A stretch of DNA of 64,000 nt from the NCBI GenBank assembly GCA_049472215.1, contig JBLIRH010000001.1, positions 43,308 to 107,307 on the forward strand. The letters are read 5' to 3'. The DNA comes from Thermoplasmatota archaeon. Lineage in GTDB: Archaea; Thermoplasmatota; Penumbrarchaeia; Penumbrarchaeales; Penumbrarchaeaceae. Made by a program: the position numbers and the translations under genes. Below, piece by piece: positions 28,734 to 38,478 of the stretch. Below the pieces are notes generated by a model. The model was not told where the DNA came from. It was given only the letters and a program-made list of their open reading frames with translations, and ran no database searches. Within the stretch, counting starts at the first letter, position 1. Each line of letters begins with the position of its first letter.

Positions 28734-29996
28734 ATGGTCCAGTCTTTCTACGCTTCTGTGTTGGAGCAGATCGACTCCACGGTCGAGCGTCTCTGCATCG
28801 ATCCCGGCATCGCCAAGATAATAAAGACCCCCGAAAGGGAGCTTACGGTCCAGATCCCCATTGTCAACGATGAGGGTGAGATCGATGTCTTTACCGGTTA
28901 CAGGGTCCAGCATAACTCTGCAAGGGGCCCCTGCAAGGGGGGCGTCAGGTACCACCCTCAGACAGACCTCGATGAGGTCAAGGCGCTGGCAACCCTCATG
29001 TCATTGAAATGCGCCGTGGCGAACGTCCCCTTCGGCGGGGCAAAGGGCGGTGTCACCTGCGATCCCAGTGAGCTGAGCAGATGCGAGATCCAGAAGATCA
29101 CAAAGAGATATGCAACGATGATCAATCCGTTCATAGGGCCTAAGAAGGATATTCCCGCTCCGGATATGAACACCAACGCTGAGACCATGGGGTGGTTCAT
29201 GGATGCCGTATCCATGTACGCCGGTCATACGATGCTCGATATCGTGACCGGGAAACCGCTCGAGCTGGGAGGATCTCTTGGAAGAAGGGAAGCGACCGGT
29301 AGAGGTGTCATGCTCAATACCATGGAGCTTCTGAACAGGCTCGGTCGGGACCCGAAGAAGACAACGGTTGCGGTACAGGGTTTCGGGAACGTAGGCTCGG
29401 TAGCGGCTCAGCTGATCACCGAGCAGGGGTCCAAGGTTATTGCAGTGAGCGATATGTCCGGTTTGCTCTATGATCCCGATGGAGTGGACGTGGACGCGCT
29501 TGTCAAGTTCGTCTATTCTGGGCCAAGGCCGCGGCTCTTCAAGGATTTCGAAGGTCCGGGCCATACATTCGAAAAAGAGGGAACTAAGATACTTTACGAG
29601 GATGTTGACGTTCTCGTCCCTGCAGCCCTTGAGAACCAGATAACGATCGATAATGCCGACAAGGTGAAAGCACGCATCATAGTGGAAGGTGCGAACGGCC
29701 CTATCACAAAGAGGGCAGATTCGGTAATGATCGAAATGGGAACACATGTGATACCGGACATTCTCGCTAACAGCGGTGGTGTCATAGCCTCCTATTTCGA
29801 ATGGGTCCAGGGGATACAGTCATTCTTCTGGGACGAGGATGAGGTGAACAGGCATCTCAAGAGGATCATGCTGAAGTCCTTCAAGGAGGTCTGGGATATG
29901 GCTCAAAAGGAAAAGATAACCCTCAGGGAAGCAGCATTCACTCTTGGGATCTCAAAGATCTCCAATGCCTTGGAACTGAGGGGTATATTCCCATAA
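28734..29996 (+). CDS. Glu/Leu/Phe/Val dehydrogenase (GDH-2 type, probably NAD(P)-dependent glutamate dehydrogenase)
   Basis: GPCKGGVRY, MSLKCA, GGAKGG, PAPD, REATGRG, QGFGNVG, EGANGP, ANSGGV. Confidence 0.93.
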   Translation: MVQSFYASVLEQIDSTVERLCIDPGIAKIIKTPERELTVQIPIVNDEGEIDVFTGYRVQHNSARGPCKGGVRYHPQTDLDEVKALATLMSLKCAVANVPFGGAKGGVTCDPSELSRCEIQKITKRYATMINPFIGPKKDIPAPDMNTNAETMGWFMDAVSMYAGHTMLDIVTGKPLELGGSLGRREATGRGVMLNTMELLNRLGRDPKKTTVAVQGFGNVGSVAAQLITEQGSKVIAVSDMSGLLYDPDGVDVDALVKFVYSGPRPRLFKDFEGPGHTFEKEGTKILYEDVDVLVPAALENQITIDNADKVKARIIVEGANGPITKRADSVMIEMGTHVIPDILANSGGVIASYFEWVQGIQSFFWDEDEVNRHLKRIMLKSFKEVWDMAQKEKITLREAAFTLGISKISNALELRGIFP

Positions 29997-30047
29997 CAGC
30001 TTGTCAGCCTGATTAAATACCTCCAATCCAATCACTTAGCGGTCGAT

Positions 30048-31814
30048 ATGTTCAGGATACGAAGGATCGATAATTGGACAACACCTGGAAGTAAACAGGC
30101 AGTGACCAAGGTACAAGAGATGATCCGGGACCATTTTGAGAATGAAAGTGAGTACATCATACTGAGCATACCATCATCCCTTCATGACCCGATCATTCGA
30201 AAATATCGATCGATAATCTTCATCGCAGAGGGTTCCCAGGATAATGTCCAAGGAGCTGCTATCCTGCTTCACTTCCCCGACCATAGATTCTGTTTTCTGG
30301 ATTACATATTCTCTTCCAAGGGCAAGCTCGGCCGCGGGGTCGGCAGCGCCCTATATGAAAGGGCCAGGTACGAAGCCCGTTCCCTGAATTGTATCGGGAT
30401 ATTCCTCGAATGCCTGCAGGAGACCGTCCAAGCTGAACCGGACCCATCGATAAGAAAGGAGAATGTTGCACGCTTAAAATTCTATGAAAGATATGGTGCA
30501 AGACCGATCATGAACACGAAATACGAGACCCCACTCATAGCGGAGGACCTTAATCCCCCTTATCTTGTTTACGACGATCTCAGCCAGGACAGGAGGTTGA
30601 GAAAGAAGGAGGCAAGAGGTATCGTCAGGGCAATACTCGAGAGGAAGTACAAGGGCCTATGTCCTCCGGATTATGTCGAATTGGTTGTCGGATCGTTCAT
30701 GGATGATCCGGTCCGTTTGCGGGAGCCGAAGTATACCCGGGAAGACAAGTTCATATCTGTTGGAAGTTCGATCCCCCAAGACAGGCTCATCCCGCTTATC
30801 ATAAACGACAAACATGAGATCCATCATGTTCATGAAAGGGGATATGTTGAATCACCCGTCAGGATCCGTTCCATTATCAAAGGATTGGAAGACAGCGGTC
30901 TTTTTGAACGGGTCGCTGTGGAAAGATACAGAGAATCCGAGGTCCTTGCGGTCCATGATCGAAGGTATGTCGATTATTTTAAAAAGGTCTGTAGCAACCT
31001 ACCACCTGGAAAATCCGTCTATCCCTACGTATTCCCGATCAGGAACAGGACAAAACCTCCCAGGGAGCTCTTGATGAGGGCAGGCTACTTCTGCATCGAT
31101 ACCTTCACTCCTTTGAACAAGAATGCTTACCTGGCAGCTAGGAGAGCCGTGGATTGCGCGCTCACCGGGGCGGATAGGATTCTGAAGGGAGAAATGATAT
31201 CATATGCACTAGTAAGACCTCCTGGCCATCACGCGGGCAAGGATTATTTTGGCGGTTTCTGTTACTTCAACTCCAATGCCATTGCAGCCAACAGGTTGTC
31301 GCGTGAAGGAAAGGTCGCCATTCTGGACATCGACTACCACCACGGGAACGGGCAGCAGGACATATTTTATGAAAGAAGTGATGTGCTTACCATAAGCATA
31401 CATGGCCATCCCTCGTTTGCCTATCCATATTTTACCGGTTTCAAGGATGAGAGAGGGATCGGAGATGGTCTTGGTCATAACTGGAACATCCCTCTCCCCG
31501 AGAGAGCAAGCGGCGACGATCATTTTCGCGCCCTTGAGGTCGCACTTGACCACATCAGGAAGTTCGACCCGGATTTTCTCGTTGTGGCTTTCGGGATGGA
31601 TACAGCCAAGGGAGATCCGACCGGAACTTGGGATCTTCTTGTGAAAGATTTCGAGAGGAACGGCCGCTTAATAGGCTCCATGAAAGTACCAATCCTAGTT
31701 GTTCAGGAGGGGGGGTACAGGAACAGAATACTCGGTGGGAATGCAAAACATTTCTTCAGGGGTATTTTCAAGGGGACCTATACTTCAGGTAATGCTTCCA
31801 TGGTCGTTCAGTAG
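30048..31814 (+). CDS. GNAT acetyltransferase-Zn-dependent deacetylase (HDAC/APAH) fusion
   Basis: N-terminal FLDYI...LGRGVGSALY...RLKFYERYG; C-terminal RPPGHH, GGFCYFN, DIDYHHGNG, GMD, QEGGY. Confidence 0.88.
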   Translation: MFRIRRIDNWTTPGSKQAVTKVQEMIRDHFENESEYIILSIPSSLHDPIIRKYRSIIFIAEGSQDNVQGAAILLHFPDHRFCFLDYIFSSKGKLGRGVGSALYERARYEARSLNCIGIFLECLQETVQAEPDPSIRKENVARLKFYERYGARPIMNTKYETPLIAEDLNPPYLVYDDLSQDRRLRKKEARGIVRAILERKYKGLCPPDYVELVVGSFMDDPVRLREPKYTREDKFISVGSSIPQDRLIPLIINDKHEIHHVHERGYVESPVRIRSIIKGLEDSGLFERVAVERYRESEVLAVHDRRYVDYFKKVCSNLPPGKSVYPYVFPIRNRTKPPRELLMRAGYFCIDTFTPLNKNAYLAARRAVDCALTGADRILKGEMISYALVRPPGHHAGKDYFGGFCYFNSNAIAANRLSREGKVAILDIDYHHGNGQQDIFYERSDVLTISIHGHPSFAYPYFTGFKDERGIGDGLGHNWNIPLPERASGDDHFRALEVALDHIRKFDPDFLVVAFGMDTAKGDPTGTWDLLVKDFERNGRLIGSMKVPILVVQEGGYRNRILGGNAKHFFRGIFKGTYTSGNASMVVQ

Positions 31815-31857
31815 GCTAGATCATGAGGGTGGAATTAGAATCACATTGAAGGTACTG

Positions 31858-33332
<1,475 letters not shown>

Positions 33333-33350
33333 TCCGTTAGGGACAATTCG

Positions 33351-33386
33351 GGCCCCGGAAACCGGGGCCTTCTTTTTTCATTTTTC
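33351..33386 (+). terminator. Intrinsic hairpin terminator after gdhA
   Basis: Perfect stem GGCCCCGG-AAA-CCGGGGCC followed by TTCTTTTTTCATTTTT. Confidence 0.8.
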
Positions 33387-34974
33387 AACTATCAAGTACT
33401 TCCATTGCCGATTCCCTGTAGGCATCCATCAGATACGGGATGCCCGATATCTTAGAAGATTCTTCGGTGAGCGCCATCAGATCGTCACGCGATAAGGATG
33501 ATAGGCTGAAGTTCCTGCTTCCCGCCATCAACTGCTGGAGGCCCACTTTAAGTTTGTTAGTGAAGGTGTAGATCCCGATAGCACCCAGGGGTATCTCCTG
33601 GATATCCTTACCAAACTTATCCCGGAGGGTTTCATATTCGACGAAGATCTCCTGTTTTTTAGACCCGAAGTTTGCGACCGTCTTTGGCAGGTTATCCTCA
33701 TCCATCCATTTCTTGATGTTCTTGCCCACGAATCCCGGGATCATCAGACCTCTCCCCATGCAGACCGCTTTGAAGTAGGGACTGCCCATTGCCAGTGCCT
33801 TGAAGACCCCATCCTCGCTGGAGAATCCTCCTGCCATTGCCATATCCGGTAACTTCAAGCCCTTTTTGCGTAGTTTCTCGGCGAACTCGTAGGCAAGGCA
33901 CTGGAGGTAGAATGTGGGTATGCCCCATTCTGTCATCATCGGCCATGGGCTCATGCCGGTACCTCCAGGGGCCCCATCAATGGTTAGGAGGTCGATCTTT
34001 GCTTCCGAGCTGTATTTAAGGGCCATGGCCAGTTCGATCATGGAATATGCGCCGGTCTTCAACGTGACCCGTTTGAATCCGATATCCCTCAGTCGATCCA
34101 CCTCCTCCAGGAAACCCTCCTTCGTCACGAAACCGAGCCTGGAATGCCTTTCGAATTCCCGTATGCCTCCTTCATGGAAGGCTTCCTGGATGCTCTTTAG
34201 GGTGGGATCAGGGGTGACGATATATCCCCGTTTCTTGAGTTCCAGGGCACGGTCCAGTGATTTCACCCTGATCTCCCCGCCGATGCATTTCGCACCCTGC
34301 CCCCATTTCAGCTCCAGGGTGTCCAATTCATGCTTGGATGAAACATATTCAGCTACTCCCAAGCGTGTATCCTCGACATTCATCTGAACGAGCAGCTCTC
34401 CGTATCCTTCATGGAACTTCCTGTAGATCTCTATTCTTCGGTCCATTTCCGGGGAGCTCGTTATTTTGCCGTTGGAATCCCTGACATGGTCCGGATCGAC
34501 CCCGCAGACATTTTCACCGCATACCAATGTGATCCCGGAGATAGCGGCCCCTATAGCGAAATGCTGCCAGTTCCTCCTGGCGATCTCGGTCGAGCCTAGA
34601 GCTCCGGTGAAAACAGGAACCCTGAGCTTCACCTTCTTATCCCAACCGTATTCTGTCTCGGTGTTCACATCCGTGAAAAGGGCGGAATCCGGTCCGATCT
34701 CGACCCCGTCTGGCAGGCCTTTGGCCCCCCGTGCATATCCTTGGATATTGAGATGGGAATAATCTACCGGATATTCCTTGTCTGCACCCGCGGTGATATG
34801 TCCAAAAGGTCCGGGATAAAGCACCTCCCTTCCCCTGAACGATGAAAGCCAAATCTCACAGCCTCCCGTGCAGCCATCCAAACACCTGGTGCATATGCCC
34901 GACATGGGGGACACACTTCTGGAGCGGTTGAAGGTCCCCGTCGCTTCATTCGAATTCGGTCTTCTCAAGTTCAT
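33385..34974 (-). CDS. Stand-alone FMN-binding glutamate synthase-family protein
   Basis: ELKWGQGAK, KTGAY, TIDGAPGGTGMSP, MAGG, KALAMG; N-terminal CTRCLDGCTGGC; start ATG 34974 or 34995. Confidence 0.88.
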   Translation of the reverse strand: MNLRRPNSNEATGTFNRSRSVSPMSGICTRCLDGCTGGCEIWLSSFRGREVLYPGPFGHITAGADKEYPVDYSHLNIQGYARGAKGLPDGVEIGPDSALFTDVNTETEYGWDKKVKLRVPVFTGALGSTEIARRNWQHFAIGAAISGITLVCGENVCGVDPDHVRDSNGKITSSPEMDRRIEIYRKFHEGYGELLVQMNVEDTRLGVAEYVSSKHELDTLELKWGQGAKCIGGEIRVKSLDRALELKKRGYIVTPDPTLKSIQEAFHEGGIREFERHSRLGFVTKEGFLEEVDRLRDIGFKRVTLKTGAYSMIELAMALKYSSEAKIDLLTIDGAPGGTGMSPWPMMTEWGIPTFYLQCLAYEFAEKLRKKGLKLPDMAMAGGFSSEDGVFKALAMGSPYFKAVCMGRGLMIPGFVGKNIKKWMDEDNLPKTVANFGSKKQEIFVEYETLRDKFGKDIQEIPLGAIGIYTFTNKLKVGLQQLMAGSRNFSLSSLSRDDLMALTEESSKISGIPYLMDAYRESAMEVLDS

Positions 34975-35175
34975 TATGTTTCCCCCATTTTTCAAAGTCT
35001 TCCATATCCCCTTCCTCGATTCTCATAGGCCAGGTAATGTCACCTCTCTCTGCTCAAATTGTCTTACTTAATTGGGACCAAATGAGAAATTGTCAGGGAT
35101 ATTTTTTTTATTGGTAGTTGGTTATTAAGACTTTTCGATTTTTTATTTTTTCAATAAAAACTTATTATTTAGACA

Positions 35176-35191
35176 ATATATTGCAATATAT
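35176..35191. promoter_or_regulatory. Perfect 16-bp palindrome in the AT-rich region upstream of the glutamate synthase-like gene
   Basis: ATATATTGCAATATAT. Confidence 0.4.
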
Positions 35192-35328
35192 GATATTATT
35201 GAAAAAAAATTGAATAAATATTGATAGAATATTGTGAAAATCAGGCCTTCCAATGCAACGTACGGCTCGTTCTTTTGACTAAATTCAAAAATAACCCAAG
35301 AATAAATGAGACAGAACATGTCATTGAT

Positions 35329-35658
35329 TTAAATAAGACGATCATGGAATGTCTTGTATCCTTTGATAATATCGGATATATTTCCGTATTGATTCGGAAT
35401 GATCCTGATATTGACCTCTTTGAATGCCTGTTCTATAGCGGGGGCCATCCTTCCCGCTATGACAACATCAATGCCCGAATTTATTAGCTGTTTTGCATAA
35501 AAAAGACCGGCTCTACCCCCATCAATGAACTCATTCAGGGTAACGAATTCGGTCATTCCGTCATCCGTGTCATGGATGGCAAAATGTCTGGATTGTTCGA
35601 AGACATCCTCCAGGGGACTTTGGAGGCAGTCAACCTTGCATGGTATGGCTATCTTCAT
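35329..35658 (-). CDS. NifB/NifX-family (MTH1175-like) protein
   Basis: MKIAIP...FEQSRHFAIHD...GRAG...GIDVVIAGRMAP.....FKEVNIRI; start ATG 35658. Confidence 0.8.
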   Translation of the reverse strand: MKIAIPCKVDCLQSPLEDVFEQSRHFAIHDTDDGMTEFVTLNEFIDGGRAGLFYAKQLINSGIDVVIAGRMAPAIEQAFKEVNIRIIPNQYGNISDIIKGYKTFHDRLI

Positions 35659-36078
35659 AGGGTCACTCCCTTGCTGCTTTTCCTGATGGATCGAACGCGT
35701 CCGATATCTCAGCAAGACATAGATGAACTTGTGACAATATTAAGTTAAGCAACAGATTCATATTACATATTTCAGTAAAATGACAGACCAAATCACCAAA
35801 TCGCCCGTATTATTCCTTAAACTTGCAGGATATTTTAGAAAAAATTTTACAAATCTAAACTATTACCACGAACATCATGATCTCCATTGAATATCCATCG
35901 AAATATTCCTAAACCTGTTGTATAATGACATAGTGACCTCAACCGAATGACTTGTTTTCTCGAATCCACTTCTTTTCATGAAATAACATTATGAAACAAG
36001 AAGCAAAGATAGAATGAGTTATATACTATTTATTATCATAAGAAATGTAGCGTTCCATTGTTACATTTGGTGGTACGA

Positions 36079-36612
36079 GTGGACAATTCTAAAAAGACCA
36101 ATAAAAAGGTGGAAGATGCCGATATAATCAAATGGCTCCTTGAGGACCCCACAAGAAGCCTGAACGAGATGGCCAAGTCATTGAACCTGTATCGACAGAC
36201 CCTCTGGCGGAGAAAGAAGAAGCTGGAGGACGACAAGGTCATCTGGGGATATACCGCCGTAGTGGACGAGAACAAATTGGGGAACGTTATCTATCTTGTA
36301 TTGATGAAGATGAAGCCCATGACCCGGGGTCTGGCCGATATTATCTACAGGCGGATAAAGAACGAGGAAATGGGTAGATTGAACGTCAGGTTGATCGATG
36401 CCTTCCACGTGAACGGCGACTATGATTGGGTCCTCCGCTTCTCTGCTCCAGACCATGCCACCGCGAGGAAGTACTATGATGCCATAAGGGTGATCTACGA
36501 GGACTACCTGATAGAGAAACCCGTTATAGTGGATGTGAATTTCATAGTGAAAGCGGAGGGGATGAAAAATCCTGATCTCGAGAACTTGTATAAATTCGTC
36601 CCGGAGATATAG
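36079..36612 (+). CDS. Lrp/AsnC-family transcriptional regulator
   Basis: DADIIKWLLEDP-HTH-RKKKLEDDKVIWGYTAVVD; RAM-like HVNGDYDWVLRF. Confidence 0.88.
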   Translation: MDNSKKTNKKVEDADIIKWLLEDPTRSLNEMAKSLNLYRQTLWRRKKKLEDDKVIWGYTAVVDENKLGNVIYLVLMKMKPMTRGLADIIYRRIKNEEMGRLNVRLIDAFHVNGDYDWVLRFSAPDHATARKYYDAIRVIYEDYLIEKPVIVDVNFIVKAEGMKNPDLENLYKFVPEI

Positions 36613-36675
36613 GTGCCAGACCTTGAAATTTTAAAATAGGACACATTCGATACCGGATGGGGGACGAAGGACCGG

Positions 36676-37482
36676 ATGAGATCGAAGATACTTGTGGCCA
36701 TTGGCGTTTTGCTTGCATTGATCGGCCTTTTCTTCTTTGCGGTCAGTCTGGAAGAGATCATCAATCCTACGCCCACGGAGAACGAGGAAGGAGAGGAGGT
36801 CGAGGGAGACAGCGGCCTCGGAATTTGCATGATGGTGATCTGCGTCCCGATCTTCTGGGTCCCGGCTGGTTTCCTATTCTATTTCGGACTCGAGGACAGG
36901 GCTGGGACAGATCTCGATGACGTTGCATCACTTCTTCGCTCTTACGAGGAGATCTCCATCGAGGATGCAGCCGAGATACTGAATATCTCCGAGAGAAAAA
37001 CGGAGAAGAAGGTCCACCAATGCATCGACAGGGATATGTTAGGGGGCCGGGTCATCAATGCTGTTTATTACTCTCCGGCCAAACTGGAATACTTGAATAG
37101 AAGGACCGACTGGATAGAGAGGTTGAAGGATGTTGCAGATATCCTAATTGCCTACCGCCGGGTAGAGATAAAGGTCGTGGCAAAGAAGATCGGTCAGGAT
37201 ATCCCGACCACCGAGAGATTGATCTTAGAATGTATCGAGGAAGGGATGGTGAAGGGTTATCTCTCCTCGAAGCAGCATGTTTTTTACACCCAGGAGTACC
37301 TGGAGCAGCTGGATGATGCAAGGGTAGGCTGGACCTGTGATAAATGCGGGGCGCATCATGACGAGGTGCTTCTTCCCGGGGACTATGGGAAGTGCACCTA
37401 TTGCGGATCCATCTCGAAAGCAAAGGGGATCTCGATAGCTTCATCCGAGGTGGAGAAAGCATTGGAAGCTATCGAACTCTGA
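36676..37482 (+). CDS. Membrane protein with two winged-helix/PCI-like repeats and a C-terminal zinc ribbon
   Basis: Two TM helices; repeats DVASLLRSYEEISIEDAA...CIDRDMLGG and DVADILIAYRRVEIKVVA...CIEEGMVKG; CDKC...CTYC. Confidence 0.65.
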   Translation: MRSKILVAIGVLLALIGLFFFAVSLEEIINPTPTENEEGEEVEGDSGLGICMMVICVPIFWVPAGFLFYFGLEDRAGTDLDDVASLLRSYEEISIEDAAEILNISERKTEKKVHQCIDRDMLGGRVINAVYYSPAKLEYLNRRTDWIERLKDVADILIAYRRVEIKVVAKKIGQDIPTTERLILECIEEGMVKGYLSSKQHVFYTQEYLEQLDDARVGWTCDKCGAHHDEVLLPGDYGKCTYCGSISKAKGISIASSEVEKALEAIEL

Positions 37483-37528
37483 TACTGGTTTCAAAAGATT
37501 TTTATCGACCACTTCTGCTTGGTGACCA

Positions 37529-37984
37529 ATGAGGATTGGGGACGTTGGTGCCGTCTCCCCGGTAGGGGACCTGCTGGCTTTCTCTCTTGCGGTCGTCATC
37601 GTGGCCTCCCTGGTGCATGGTGTCGGAAATTTGGGAAAAGATACCGATGAACAGGGAAGTGAGGATTGGGCGGTCCTGATGATGTCAGTTCGCGAATGGG
37701 TTGGCTTCGATCCGGACAATGACGGTATATTGGAATTACGTCCTCCTTCAGACATTGATACTGAGGTTGAGATCGAATTTCCTTTAATGGGTGTTGTTAC
37801 CGTCATTTTCAAAAATGGTGGTTCAGGGTCCGGTTATCGGTTCATCGATGGTTCGATCGACACGAAAATTTCAGAACCGGCCCACCTTTGCCTGGTCCAT
37901 GGCTGTTCAGTTATCGTTGAGACAACTGAAGGTTTTTTCCCAGCCTTAATGGAGGTATCTGTTGCGGGAGGTGATCATCAATGA
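37529..37984 (+). CDS. Pilin-like hypothetical protein
   Basis: N-terminal GA|VSPVGDLLAFSLAVVIV resembles an archaeal class III signal peptide. Confidence 0.55.
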   Translation: MRIGDVGAVSPVGDLLAFSLAVVIVASLVHGVGNLGKDTDEQGSEDWAVLMMSVREWVGFDPDNDGILELRPPSDIDTEVEIEFPLMGVVTVIFKNGGSGSGYRFIDGSIDTKISEPAHLCLVHGCSVIVETTEGFFPALMEVSVAGGDHQ

Positions 37985-38478
37985 TCCGGAAAATCCGCAT
38001 GGAGGGCATGGAAACGGTAACATCCCTGCTGCTTCTCATCATTTCCGCAATATTGGTCTTCGGAGTGTTATCCTTCCTTGATCTCGGAGAGAATGATGAT
38101 AACGATCGGGATCTTATCAGGCTCAGAAGCTTCCAGGCCAAATGCCTCGGAGAGGTACTGGTCAGCACCTATTCGATCTCCCTTCAGTATGTCGAAGATG
38201 ATAGTTCCATTTCCGATGCGGTTGTAGTGTGGGATGGTGAGGGTATAGTGATCCACGATCACGGAAGATCACCGATCCCCTTGCCCTGGACCCAAGCACT
38301 GTCCACAACTCCCGAAGGATTGACCTCGGCTCTCATTTTCGGAGATGGGAATGCGCTCATTGATGGTCCTTCAGGAGAGTTCGTCACTTGGTCTCACTCG
38401 ATGGAGGGTGGGGATATCGTCAGGATCTACCTTTCAGTCCATGTTGGATCCCTTCATTTCGGAGGTGTGTTGGGGTGA
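37981..38478 (+). CDS. Pilin-like/membrane-anchored hypothetical protein
   Basis: Basic N-terminus RKIRMEG followed by a hydrophobic helix; ATGA overlap with the upstream gene. Confidence 0.55.
   Translation: MIRKIRMEGMETVTSLLLLIISAILVFGVLSFLDLGENDDNDRDLIRLRSFQAKCLGEVLVSTYSISLQYVEDDSSISDAVVVWDGEGIVIHDHGRSPIPLPWTQALSTTPEGLTSALIFGDGNALIDGPSGEFVTWSHSMEGGDIVRIYLSVHVGSLHFGGVLG

Noticed and set aside
35329..35658. Nitrogen fixation inferred from the NifX-like gene
   Set aside because: No nifHDK in the window; this family is widespread in non-diazotrophs.
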